From positions 124,001 to 188,000 of IMG/VR virus record IMGVR_UViG_3300032214_000715: DNA of 64,000 bases; one strand, written 5' to 3'. The notes under the pieces are model-generated. The model was not told the origin of the DNA. It did not search any database and saw only the letters and a list, made by a program, of their open reading frames with translations. Of this stretch, positions 48,459-58,552 are shown piece after piece; within the stretch, counting starts at the first letter, position 1; each line of letters starts with the position of its first letter. The position numbers and the translations under genes are program-made.

Positions 48459-49958
48459 TCAAGTAGTAATAGGAGAGAATGATGATATTGATGCGTTTCC
48501 GTAAGTGGTAATAGCAAAATTATTATCACTGCGATCAATAAATGTCCCATCACGGAAAGTCAACAATGATGTGTTTGATACCACAGCCAGTGCTGATGTG
48601 GACGGGGTAAAGTTACTCGTATAGAGAGCTGTTCCCTTTACTATACGAAGATTGGAAATGTATCCGTTCATCCAGTAACTGGCTCCGCCGCCAGCTATAA
48701 ATCTACCAACTGTTAGTGGTGTAGAGTTTACAGCGGTGTAGTTAACCCCATTAGAAAGTGTAGTTCCTAGTTGAGTGCCGTTAACGAATGCTCTGAGACT
48801 TGTTCCACTTCTAGATATGACAATGTGATACCATTGATTGGCCGTTGGAGTCCAAGCCCACGTTGCTCCTGAAAACCCAGGAGTATATCTATTAAGATTG
48901 AGACCTCCGTCACCCAAGTACATAGCCCAAGAACACAAGCGTTGAACAGGAACGGCGTCTATACCATCTCCTAACATAGCTAGCATTTGATAGCCGCCAG
49001 TACTTCTGAAGTACGCCCAGCACTCAATAGTAAAGTCTCCTGTACCAAAGGCAAACGCAGAATTAGAGGGTACAGTTAAATAGTCTCCATTTCCATCAAA
49101 GAAAGCACTGTGTGAGCCACTTGGGCTGACAGTTATCATATTTGTTTTTACTTCAGTGTCAGATCCTCCAGAATTGGTTGCTATTAGCTTAACGCTATAT
49201 GTTCCTGAAGTATTATATGTCGTGGTTGGATTCTGTGCTGTACTGTCAGTAGTTCCGTCATCGTTGAAATCCCACGCCCAGCTAGAAGGACTATTTGTTG
49301 ATGTATCAGTAAAAGTAACAGTTAGCGGAGCAGTGCCGGACGTTAAATTCGCAGAAAAGTCGGCTACTGGAGCTGACTGTGCGACTGTTATCAAATTTAG
49401 CTTAATTACTTGACCTGATCCACCTGAATTTGTTGCTGTCAATTTGGCACTGTATGTTCCAGGAGTGCTATAAGAGTATGATGGACTTTGAACAGTGCTG
49501 TCAGTAGTTCCGTCATTATTGAAGTCCCATGCCCAGGATGTCGGTGAATTGGTTGAAGTGTCAGTAAAGTTTACTGTTAGTGGGGCCGGCCCGGATACAG
49601 TATCGGTGGAGAAGTCAGCGACCGGAACTGGTTGAGTGACAGTTATGACGCTGGTTTTTACTACTTCGCCAGAGCCACTTGAGTTTGTTGCTACTAGCTT
49701 AACAGTATATGTACCAGGTGTATTGTATGTGGTACTTGGATTTTGAACGGTGCTGTCAACAAACCCATTATTGTTGAAGTCCCACGCCCACTCAGTGGGT
49801 GAGTTGGTGGATGTATCAGTAAAGTTTACTGTTAGTGGAGCAGTTCCAGATACTACGTTAGTAGAGAAATCAGCCACTGGCGGCACAATGGTGGCCGCCG
49901 CTCTACTTCCACTAGTTCTGCCGCTGATGAAAACGTTTCTAAAAGATAGTTGTCCCAT
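48459..49958 (-). CDS. Adhesin with 3 PKD domains and 1 LamG domain
   Basis: Three PVADFS...GxAPLTVxFTDTS..P..WAWDF...PGTY.VKL units, then a LamG-like domain; late promoter at 49999-50005. Confidence 0.88.
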   Translation of the reverse strand: MGQLSFRNVFISGRTSGSRAAATIVPPVADFSTNVVSGTAPLTVNFTDTSTNSPTEWAWDFNNNGFVDSTVQNPSTTYNTPGTYTVKLVATNSSGSGEVVKTSVITVTQPVPVADFSTDTVSGPAPLTVNFTDTSTNSPTSWAWDFNNDGTTDSTVQSPSYSYSTPGTYSAKLTATNSGGSGQVIKLNLITVAQSAPVADFSANLTSGTAPLTVTFTDTSTNSPSSWAWDFNDDGTTDSTAQNPTTTYNTSGTYSVKLIATNSGGSDTEVKTNMITVSPSGSHSAFFDGNGDYLTVPSNSAFAFGTGDFTIECWAYFRSTGGYQMLAMLGDGIDAVPVQRLCSWAMYLGDGGLNLNRYTPGFSGATWAWTPTANQWYHIVISRSGTSLRAFVNGTQLGTTLSNGVNYTAVNSTPLTVGRFIAGGGASYWMNGYISNLRIVKGTALYTSNFTPSTSALAVVSNTSLLTFRDGTFIDRSDNNFAITTYGNASISSFSPITT

Positions 49959-50009
49959 AATATTATTTTCCTAACTTGTGTTTAAAAGATGTTGATGATA
50001 TTTATGAAA

Positions 50010-50042
50010 AAAATAGAGAAATTTATTAAATTTCTCTATTTT
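50010..50042. terminator. AT-rich hairpin / terminator
   Basis: AAAATAGAGAAATTT-ATT-AAATTTCTCTATTTT. Confidence 0.7.
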
Positions 50043-50074
50043 GTACAGTACATTACTACATTGTAAGCACTGAA

Positions 50075-51841
50075 TTAATAAACACCTCCATCCAAGTCGG
50101 CATTTTGTACCCAGTTTGCTGTTACTAAATCATTATCAGCAAGATTGGTAGAGTACTGAGCCGGTGTTGGACCGCTTATTGAAACCTTAGATGTTGTTCC
50201 AGCAGGTAGAACCATACTAATACCGTTAGTAGTAGATTCTAGAATCAACCCGGCATCACCGCGAATAGTCATAGTATCGCCGGCTGCTGACTCAACTATG
50301 CCGTCACCGTCAGAATCAAAAATGATGCTGTTGGTAGAAAGAGTTACTGAACCAGTACCATTTGGAGCGATGACAATATCAGCGTTCGCTGTTGAAGTAC
50401 TGAGTGTAACTGTTCCATCATTACCAGTGGCTAGTGTTGCTCCGCCTACGGTTAGAGTCTCAGTTCCAGAATTCCAACTTAGACCAGAATCAGTAGTAAC
50501 TGGATCTGTTCCAGAACCAATTAGTAGATTTCCAGCAGTAAATGTAGTTGCTCCAGTACCACCATTGCTGACTGGTAGTGTACCTGTAACTGTATCAGTG
50601 TCTAGCTCAACTGATCCAGCTGCCATCTTGACAGCGGTTACAGCACCATCAGCAATCTTACTGGTTGTAACGGCACTGTTTGTTAGTGTTACTGCTAAGT
50701 CAACATTTCCAGAACCATTGAATGAAACAGCGCTAGCAGTAGTAACATCACCAGATACACTGAAGTCACGAGCAGTTTCAAGTGTAGTAGCAGTGTCAGC
50801 ATTACCAGTTAGATCACCAGTTATGTTAGCTTCAACTTGCTTGTTGAATGCCCACTTGTCTCCCGAAGAAACATAAGTTAGTGTAGCACCAGCACCAGCA
50901 ACTGTTAGACCGGCTCCATTTGCCTGAGCAGCAGTAGTTGCGTCCTTAGCTAGAGTTAGATTGATGTCACTGATAGCAACAGCGGTTGAATTTACAGTTG
51001 TTGTGGTGCCTTGTACTGTTAAATCACCAGTAATTACGGCGTTACCAGTTACAGTAACACTAGCAGCAGTAATATCGTCTGAACTTAGTGTTCCATTTAC
51101 GGTTACATTGTTGAATGTTACGTTGTCGGTTGTGCCGACTGACTGACCGATAGCTACTACGCCGTCAGTGATTGATACGCCTGTACCACCACTGAAGTGA
51201 GCACGAACTTCACTAGCGCTTGGGCCAGTGTAGGTGAATACGCCAGTAGCAGAGTCGTATGAGAATGAACCATCACCGCCAGCATCTGTAGCGCTGAATA
51301 GACTTCTTACAGAAGATGTATCAGTTGTAGCAGCGATTGTTAATGTACCAGCTACATCATCGTATGTCTTGGTGATGTTTGAACCAGCTACGATTAAATC
51401 AGCAACACGGTCGTCTACACGCTCGTTTGTGAAATATAGATTTGTTGTGCCTTCAGAAACACTGTCTGTACCGAAACTAATATTTGAAGTTCCGTCAAAG
51501 CTTTCGCCGTTGATTGTACGAGCGGTTTCTAGAGCGGTTGCTGTACTAGCATTGCCGGTCAAAGCACCGACAAAACTTGAAGCTGATACTGTGCCTAAAC
51601 CAGATATTCCATTGCTGGAATCCAGAATAACTGCCTTACTAGCAGTAGCTGTGCCTGCTGTAACTTTTAGTAGGTCAGCGTAATATGCTCCGCCGACTTC
51701 AGAAATGGTAACAGCAGTTCCGTCCGTGCTACTACCGAAATATAATTTACCAGAGCCAGATGAATATGCTAACTCACCGAACGCTAGATTGGTTGGGACG
51801 GCACTCCCAGTAGAACGTTTGATTTTAATTGTTGATGCCAC
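50075..51841 (-). CDS. Fibre protein (Mtd_N-like N-terminus, ends LDGGVY); paralogue of 51970..53796
   Basis: GTG start with AAGGAG; TIKIKRSTG...FGELAY; EGxxNLYFT; late promoter at 51899-51905. Confidence 0.85.
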   Translation of the reverse strand: MASTIKIKRSTGSAVPTNLAFGELAYSSGSGKLYFGSSTDGTAVTISEVGGAYYADLLKVTAGTATASKAVILDSSNGISGLGTVSASSFVGALTGNASTATALETARTINGESFDGTSNISFGTDSVSEGTTNLYFTNERVDDRVADLIVAGSNITKTYDDVAGTLTIAATTDTSSVRSLFSATDAGGDGSFSYDSATGVFTYTGPSASEVRAHFSGGTGVSITDGVVAIGQSVGTTDNVTFNNVTVNGTLSSDDITAASVTVTGNAVITGDLTVQGTTTTVNSTAVAISDINLTLAKDATTAAQANGAGLTVAGAGATLTYVSSGDKWAFNKQVEANITGDLTGNADTATTLETARDFSVSGDVTTASAVSFNGSGNVDLAVTLTNSAVTTSKIADGAVTAVKMAAGSVELDTDTVTGTLPVSNGGTGATTFTAGNLLIGSGTDPVTTDSGLSWNSGTETLTVGGATLATGNDGTVTLSTSTANADIVIAPNGTGSVTLSTNSIIFDSDGDGIVESAAGDTMTIRGDAGLILESTTNGISMVLPAGTTSKVSISGPTPAQYSTNLADNDLVTANWVQNADLDGGVY

Positions 51842-51914
51842 GAATAATCTCCTTAATTTAGTCTAGCAAAGTTGCTAGATAGTCTATAGTCCTAGATATA
51901 TTTATCCAATCAAG

Positions 51915-51947
51915 AAAAAAGAGAGAATTAATTTCTTAATTCTCTCT
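51915..51947 (-). terminator. AT-rich hairpin / terminator
   Basis: AGAGAGAATTAA-TTTC-TTAATTCTCTCT next to an A-run (T-run on the minus strand). Confidence 0.7.
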
Positions 51948-51969
51948 CGTTCTATTCACTCACGAGTGA

Positions 51970-53796
51970 TTAGTATGTACCGCCATCTAGTAGATCAGGA
52001 TCGATAGATACTACGCCGTCAACTACGTCAAAGTGATTTGCGTTGTAGCTGGCAACACCCTTTGTACCTGTGTCGGTTGCTACGGCAACACTTACGGTTA
52101 CTTCGTTAGCAGTAACGGCAGTGCTGATAGCGCCTGTTCCGGAAATCGCTAGAGACTCGCCTAGAGCAACAGCGTCAGAACCAGAACCACCAGTTAGAGT
52201 GATTGAACTGTTAGCTAGCTTAGCGTTGGTAACAGCACCGTCAGCGATCTTGGCAGTTGTAACTGCGTCAGCAGCGATCTTGGCTTCTGTTACAGCGGCA
52301 GCAGCTAGTTCAGCAGTGTCAACTCCAGCAGCCTTGATGGCTACGGCGCCAGCGGTTACAGCGAAATTGCCAGAAGCGAAGCTAGCAACACCCTGAACGG
52401 TGTCAGAAGCTACATCAACACTTACGGTTACTGTGTTAGCAGTAACGGCAGCACTGATAGCGCCAGAACCAGCGAATGTTAGAGTTTCAGTAGCTAAGTC
52501 TACTGTGTCTGTGCCACTGTCACCAGCGATATCTAGTGAGGTGGTGATAGAAGCGGTTGTAACTGATGTTACACGACCCTTAGCGTCAACTGTTACTACT
52601 GGAATTTCTGAAGAAGAACCGTAGGCACCAGCTGTTACGCCAGAGTTTGCTAGTGTTAGAACTAGGTCAACGTTACCTGTGCCATCAAATGATACGGCAG
52701 AAGCAGTAGCATCGCCGCTAGCACTGAAGTCACGAGCTGTTTCTAGAGCAGTTGCTGTGTCAGCGTTACCAGTTAGATCACCAGTTACGTTAGCTTCTAC
52801 TTGCTTGTTGAATACCCACTTGTCGCCAGCTGAAGCGTATGTCAATGTGGCTGAAGCACCAGCTACTGTTAGACCAGCGCCGTTAGCTTGAGCAGCAGTG
52901 GTAGCGTCTTTAGCTAGAGTGAGGTTGATGTCACTGATAGCAACAGCAGTTGAGTTAACTGTTGTGGTTGTACCCTGTACAGTTAGGTCGCCTGTGATTA
53001 CAGCGTTACCAGTTACGGTTACGTTGGTAGCGGTGATGTCGTCAGAACTTAGTGTTCCGTCAACTGTTACGTTGTTGAATGTAACGTTGTCGGTTGTACC
53101 AACAGCCTGACCGATGGAAACTTGACCGTCGGTGATTGATACGCCTGTACCAGCACTGAAGTGAGCGCGAACTTCACTAGCGCTTGGGCCGGTGTAAGTT
53201 AGAACGCCAGTTACGTTGTCGTAAGATAGTGAGCCGTCACCGCCAGCGTCTGTTACGCTGATTGAATCACGAGCGCGAGTTTCTGTGAAGTATAGATTGG
53301 TAGAGCCTTCAGCGATGTCGTCTGTGGTTAGATCAGCAGCGATGTCGCCTGTGTCTAAAGAGAAAACGCCAGTAGCGCTGTCGTATGTTAGAGCACCTGA
53401 TGGATCGCTAGCACTTACTGAACCACGAGCACGAGCTTGTGTGAAGTATTGATTGGTTGCGCCTTCTGCTAGAGCATCGGTGTCATGATTGCTGATGTCA
53501 CTAACTTGACCAGTTAGATCGCCAACGAACTCGGTAGCAGTAACAGTGGCTAGATTGCCAATATTACGACTAGCGTCAACGACAAGAGACTTGCTGGCAG
53601 CAGCAGTACCTGGGGTAGCTGTTAGTAGATCAGCATAGTAAGCGCCACCGACTTCGGTGATGTTTACGGTAGTACCGTTTGTGCTACTACCAAAATATAG
53701 CTTGCCTGAGCCAGATGAATATGCTAACTCACCAAAAGCTAGATTGGTTGGGGCTGCTGAGCCCGTTGAACGTTTGATTTTGATTGTATTTGCCAC
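51970..53796 (-). CDS. Putative major (abundant) fibre subunit (Mtd_N-like N-terminus, ends LDGGTY)
   Basis: GTG start with AGGAG; perfect TATAAATA at 53866-53873; strong GAC/AAC/ATC/TTC/GCT/GGT codon preference. Confidence 0.85.
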   Translation of the reverse strand: MANTIKIKRSTGSAAPTNLAFGELAYSSGSGKLYFGSSTNGTTVNITEVGGAYYADLLTATPGTAAASKSLVVDASRNIGNLATVTATEFVGDLTGQVSDISNHDTDALAEGATNQYFTQARARGSVSASDPSGALTYDSATGVFSLDTGDIAADLTTDDIAEGSTNLYFTETRARDSISVTDAGGDGSLSYDNVTGVLTYTGPSASEVRAHFSAGTGVSITDGQVSIGQAVGTTDNVTFNNVTVDGTLSSDDITATNVTVTGNAVITGDLTVQGTTTTVNSTAVAISDINLTLAKDATTAAQANGAGLTVAGASATLTYASAGDKWVFNKQVEANVTGDLTGNADTATALETARDFSASGDATASAVSFDGTGNVDLVLTLANSGVTAGAYGSSSEIPVVTVDAKGRVTSVTTASITTSLDIAGDSGTDTVDLATETLTFAGSGAISAAVTANTVTVSVDVASDTVQGVASFASGNFAVTAGAVAIKAAGVDTAELAAAAVTEAKIAADAVTTAKIADGAVTNAKLANSSITLTGGSGSDAVALGESLAISGTGAISTAVTANEVTVSVAVATDTGTKGVASYNANHFDVVDGVVSIDPDLLDGGTY

Positions 53797-53865
53797 TTTG
53801 TTTTTCTCCTAGGTTAAAGTGTATTATGTATCTTAGTATGGGTACTACGAAAGTACTCATACATA

Positions 53866-53873
53866 TATTTATA
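53866..53873 (-). promoter_or_regulatory. T4-type late promoter, full consensus TATAAATA
   Basis: Exact T4 gp55-dependent consensus, followed by a 5' leader hairpin (53836-53862). Confidence 0.8.
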
Positions 53874-53910
53874 CAAGACGTTTATTTTTTGAATAAAAAC
53901 TTGTATTTCC

Positions 53911-54372
53911 TTAAAATGCGCCGCCGTCTAACTCAGAAGACGCATCCCATTTTCCAGTAACACTATTGTACTTCAATAGTGCGTCCTGAGCAATTGGGTC
54001 GGCGGCATTTACATCTCCTATGTCTGATAATTTATCAATCTTTGCGCTGACGGTAAATTTAGTCCAATTTTCTTCCGCATTTGGCATTTCACCCGTGATG
54101 GAATCACGACTTTGCCCTGAAAGAAGAGAGTATTTATAGTATGAATCACCAGTTCTGGTGAACCCGCCCGCAGTGTATTCAGTTTTTACATAGACCAACA
54201 TACCCTCAGTTAATCGTTGACCTGTGATATTGGTTAATCTATTTCCAAATGATCCAGTGACGCTTTGTAACGAGCCACGAATTTCCGTATCCAGTACGAT
54301 TGGATGATTGCCAGTAGGGCTCCAAGTACCAGTCCAAGTGTTTCTTGTTAAACCATCGTAATTTGTGCTCAT
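53911..54372 (-). CDS. Small fibre adaptor protein ending LDGGAF
   Basis: ATGA-coupled to the upstream gene; RLTEGMLVYV and LSDIGDV...LKY...W motifs. Confidence 0.75.
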   Translation of the reverse strand: MSTNYDGLTRNTWTGTWSPTGNHPIVLDTEIRGSLQSVTGSFGNRLTNITGQRLTEGMLVYVKTEYTAGGFTRTGDSYYKYSLLSGQSRDSITGEMPNAEENWTKFTVSAKIDKLSDIGDVNAADPIAQDALLKYNSVTGKWDASSELDGGAF

Positions 54373-57300
54373 GATATACTCACATATGTTGTTCCAGGCT
54401 GTAAGGTTATTCCATACAGCGTGTATCCTTCAGCAACATATCCTGCTGGCGGCGTAGTTGGTTGTAAACTAACAGTGTTTCCAGTTGTCACGCTTACATC
54501 AGATAACAACGACGATGTTGGACCAGTTTTGAATGATGTTGGCTGACTAGCACTAGTGCGAACGGCGAACCAAAATGCTCTTGGAGTGCTTTCAGTATTG
54601 TTTACATTCCCGGCAAATACTTTAACTTGACTTCCAAGCGCGGTGACTCCCGCGGCAAAAGCAGTTTCGTTTACTATGTTAGAAGCTGTTGGTGGAACAC
54701 TTGTAGCTGTAGTAAATAGCCAGAAACTAGGGTATGTAAATGTAGCACTGGCGCTAGCGGTAGTAGCACTTAGATTTGCCGTGTACGAAGTTCCAGTGAC
54801 GCTTGCTGGTCGTGTAAATGTGGTAGAAACACTTACAGTTCTTGTTGTCGCCGTGTTATTTTTGTGTATAGGATCAGTAAATGTAAATGTTCCACTTGCT
54901 GTAGCACTACTTGTAGTACCACCCACTGCTGTAACACTATTAGCATAATTTGAAGTACTTGACATTCCAGTTACAGTAACTGTATATGCCACTGAATTGT
55001 AACTCTGTAAGAATGTGTTGCCAGTTAAACTGGAAAGTGCTACTCCAAGAGTAGGTGTCGCCCAGTTTACTGATATACTAGCCGTAGAGGTCATGTACTC
55101 AGCGGTACTAGTTCCATTATAGAAATTGAATGCTATTGTCCCAGCGGCATTTCCACCTGCTATTGTAGTACTTGTTGGTCTGATAAATGAATCGGCGTCT
55201 GTAGTAAACGTCTGAGTCCAATCTACAGTTCCTGCTGGAGTGGCAGATTGTACTCCAGCACTAAATGTATTCAATGCGCTTATTGAACCGCTTGTAGCAG
55301 TTATACTTCTAACGGCGGAAATATATTGATCAGTAATGTCATCTGGATTTACAACACTTACAGCAAATGATGTAATTGGTTGATCCCAGCTTGGAGATGC
55401 GGGAGATATAGTAGCACTGATTGTTGGTGTAAATGTGGCCAGTGTTAAACGAAGCTTGTTTCCAAAGAATTCAGCCACGCGAACTGGTGATGTGGACCCA
55501 TTCTCTTGGTATCCAGTAAGAGTTCTATAAGAGCCACTAGTAGTAAATACCAGCGGGCCAGATTGCTCAGATATACTAGTCCAACTAACATTTCCAGCAC
55601 CGTCTGTACTCAATACTTGTCCACTGGTTCCTCCACCAATGCTTATATTGTCTGTGCTTTCAAATGCTACTTTATCGGCAGTGGCAGTTACACCAGAAAC
55701 GCCGGCAAAAGACCCATTGTTGTTATATTGTAGCTGCCCGTCAGTTCCACCAGGAATTCCAGCCGCGTCATCAACTGGAATCCACTTATCCATTACTGAG
55801 TTATAACCCAGTAACTGTCCATCGGTTGGTGGAACTGTAGTCAAGTCAACATTAACTAAATCATCAAGACTTCCAGTTGTAGCTACTGTGGCAAAATCTG
55901 GCTTGTCGGTGATGTTATTCCACGTTAGTGAAGTTGTTGTAATGTATCCAGCGGCGTTCCCAAAGATACCAACATCTGGAACGGTGCCGTTAAGATTTTC
56001 CCAAGTGAAGTTTGATTGAGTTACATACTGCGCGTCGTTCGTGAATTCACTTACGTTTGTTGGGCGATTAATTACGTTTTCCCACGTTATATCAGTTTTT
56101 AACGCATAATTTATATCGTTTTGAAAGTAACTAAGACCAGTTGGAGTACCGCTAATAGAACTCCATGCTAATTCTGAAAATTTTACAAATCCAACATCAT
56201 TTGTAAAGTCACTTACTTTAGTTGGAGCATTAGTCAAGTCTGTGTAGTTTCCACCGAATGGAGCTGCTACACTTATAGTTCCATCCTCGGCGACTGTAAC
56301 GTTATCACCTATCTTAACTCCACCCAAAATAGTGCTAGTTGCTACCGCTATTGGGGTAGTATTTGACCAAGATACGTCACTACCGTCAGTAATTAAAACT
56401 TTGTTTGCGTTTCCGTTCTGACTTGGTAATAGCGCTGCTCGTGCTGCCGCTGGGGTTTCTGCTCCTGTGCCGCCGCTCTCTACTGGTAGTACGCCGCTAA
56501 ATCCAACTGTTATGTTTCCAGTTGATCCAGTAATTGATATGTTTTGTCCAGCAGTAGCAGATAAAACTCCGGTATTGCTGATAGTATTTTCTACTATACT
56601 GATTCCGTTGCCAGCAATGTAGTTACCTACGGATCCAAACTGAGACCACTCTATAGCACTTGTTCCCAGAGATATAGTTCCGGGAGTAATCATAATCCAT
56701 TGAGTGCCAGCTAATGTAGTTCCATTCTGTATAAATGTGAAATCACCAGCAGACACTTCACCAGCAAAGCTGTTATCAAAATCAGTGGCTCGCATCAGTA
56801 CCCAATTTGGGTTATTAGCTGATAGCACATATATGCCGTTTTGTTTCTTGTCGGTTTGATTCTTAAGTAAGATTCTATCGCCAACTATTAATGTGTGACC
56901 ATCTAGTTGTGTAAGTTGTCCTACGCCAGTTAGGGTTGCTCCTATACCGTTTGATCCATTGTTATAAGTTCCGTTTAGATTAGCGGTAGAAGCAACCGCA
57001 CAAGCAAGGTGTACGTTAAGACCACTAGCTAAATTATCTACGTATTGTTTTGTGGCAGCATCTAACGCACTTACTGGGTCCGCGTGTAGCGTTAGTGTGC
57101 CCTGCATAGTGTCGCCGGCTCGATTTACAGGAGTATATCCAAGACCACTGATTACATCAGACCCGCTGAACGCTTTCCAAACTATATTAGTTCCATCAGT
57201 TGATAGTACTCGACCAGAAAATGATGCCTGCGACGGCAATAAATTATTAATAGCATCAGTTGGATTACTTGCCCCAGTACCGCCGTTAAATACTCCTAAA

Positions 57301-57569
57301 GTTCCGCCTACTGTAAATGTGCCAGAAGTCGTTATTGGGTTTCCGTCTCCAGTAGTAAAGGTTAGTCCGGTACCACCCGGATCAATATTTACAGACTTTA
57401 CCGAACCAAAATCAGGGTTAGCGTTAAAATATTTAATAGTAGAGGTGCCGTCTTTATAAAACAGACGACCGTCAGCATAGTTAATCGCAATTTCACCAAA
57501 CGATAAGTCAGATATTAATGGACTTGTTCCAGTCGTACCCGAATTTTTAATAATAATCGTTGTTGCCAT
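54369..57569 (-). CDS. Fibre protein (1066 aa) with Mtd_N-like N-terminus
   Basis: TIIIKNS...FGEIAINYADGRLFY; DAATKQYVD...GDRILLKNQ; repeated W..I...P..VS.F.ND units. Confidence 0.8.
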   Translation of the reverse strand: MATTIIIKNSGTTGTSPLISDLSFGEIAINYADGRLFYKDGTSTIKYFNANPDFGSVKSVNIDPGGTGLTFTTGDGNPITTSGTFTVGGTLGVFNGGTGASNPTDAINNLLPSQASFSGRVLSTDGTNIVWKAFSGSDVISGLGYTPVNRAGDTMQGTLTLHADPVSALDAATKQYVDNLASGLNVHLACAVASTANLNGTYNNGSNGIGATLTGVGQLTQLDGHTLIVGDRILLKNQTDKKQNGIYVLSANNPNWVLMRATDFDNSFAGEVSAGDFTFIQNGTTLAGTQWIMITPGTISLGTSAIEWSQFGSVGNYIAGNGISIVENTISNTGVLSATAGQNISITGSTGNITVGFSGVLPVESGGTGAETPAAARAALLPSQNGNANKVLITDGSDVSWSNTTPIAVATSTILGGVKIGDNVTVAEDGTISVAAPFGGNYTDLTNAPTKVSDFTNDVGFVKFSELAWSSISGTPTGLSYFQNDINYALKTDITWENVINRPTNVSEFTNDAQYVTQSNFTWENLNGTVPDVGIFGNAAGYITTTSLTWNNITDKPDFATVATTGSLDDLVNVDLTTVPPTDGQLLGYNSVMDKWIPVDDAAGIPGGTDGQLQYNNNGSFAGVSGVTATADKVAFESTDNISIGGGTSGQVLSTDGAGNVSWTSISEQSGPLVFTTSGSYRTLTGYQENGSTSPVRVAEFFGNKLRLTLATFTPTISATISPASPSWDQPITSFAVSVVNPDDITDQYISAVRSITATSGSISALNTFSAGVQSATPAGTVDWTQTFTTDADSFIRPTSTTIAGGNAAGTIAFNFYNGTSTAEYMTSTASISVNWATPTLGVALSSLTGNTFLQSYNSVAYTVTVTGMSSTSNYANSVTAVGGTTSSATASGTFTFTDPIHKNNTATTRTVSVSTTFTRPASVTGTSYTANLSATTASASATFTYPSFWLFTTATSVPPTASNIVNETAFAAGVTALGSQVKVFAGNVNNTESTPRAFWFAVRTSASQPTSFKTGPTSSLLSDVSVTTGNTVSLQPTTPPAGYVAEGYTLYGITLQPGTTYVSIS

Positions 57570-57583
57570 TTATTTTTCCTTGT

Positions 57584-58552
57584 TTAACCGAAACTTCCGC
57601 CGTTTATTATGCCTACTAAATTGTCAACGTAATACTTGTTAACTAGATCGTTATCAGCTAGACCTTGTGAGTACAGTTGAGCAGTGGGGCCTTGTACTGT
57701 AACTTTATTAGCATTATTGTTGGGTAGTATCATTGTAGTGTCTCCTGACTGAGACTCCAAAAATAAATTAGATGTTCTGGCGCGCAGTGTTAGAGTTTCA
57801 CCTGAATTAGTCTGTATTACTGAATTTCCAGTTCCAGTTACAACTACACTTCCACTTCCATTTGGTAACAACACTAGATCAGAATTAGTTGCCGTGGCAG
57901 AAATACTTGAGTTGGCACCGTTTATTACAACTGGATAAGCTGATCCAACGCTCAGTGTGCTTTGTGTGTTATCAAAACTAAGTTTATCCGATTGAGCTAC
58001 TGCGTCTGTGCCGTTTCCGTACAGTATTTGATTTGGCATTAACTCAGTGAGTCCAGTACCGCCGCTACTTACTGGTACTGTATCAAGTGATATAGTAAGC
58101 GTGTCGCCGTTTAACTCAACCGTAATCGGGCTATCGCCAGTAGTAGTTACTGTTTTTCCAACAACCTTCCAGGCAGCTCCGTCATAGTATTCCGCTACAG
58201 GGCTGGATCCGCTAGTGTTAATTCTCAACATTCCAACTGTCGGGGACTCTGGTCGTTCTTCAGTAGTACCAACTGGTATACTTACGGCTGAGGTTCCATC
58301 AAATTTAACGACACCCTGTTGTTGTAAACTAACTGTAGTTCCAGCAAAGCTTAATTTCCCAGTGTCGGAAGATATATTTACGTCGGTGTCTAATGCGGTA
58401 ATAGACGAAGCCACCATTGGAATATGGGTGGATTCGTTTGTTGCTCTTACGCTAAAGGAATTAGTAATTACATCGTAATAAACTACGCCGCCATTTTTCC
58501 CGTACTGTACCGAGTTTGATGTTCCTGCTAATCCGTAATTTTTTGTAACCAT
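57584..58552 (-). CDS. Fibre/connector protein ending INGGSFG
   Basis: IPVGTTEERP...GMLRIN...EYYDG.W; C-terminal region paralogous to the end of 50075..51841; TATAAATA at 58572-58579. Confidence 0.75.
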   Translation of the reverse strand: MVTKNYGLAGTSNSVQYGKNGGVVYYDVITNSFSVRATNESTHIPMVASSITALDTDVNISSDTGKLSFAGTTVSLQQQGVVKFDGTSAVSIPVGTTEERPESPTVGMLRINTSGSSPVAEYYDGAAWKVVGKTVTTTGDSPITVELNGDTLTISLDTVPVSSGGTGLTELMPNQILYGNGTDAVAQSDKLSFDNTQSTLSVGSAYPVVINGANSSISATATNSDLVLLPNGSGSVVVTGTGNSVIQTNSGETLTLRARTSNLFLESQSGDTTMILPNNNANKVTVQGPTAQLYSQGLADNDLVNKYYVDNLVGIINGGSFG

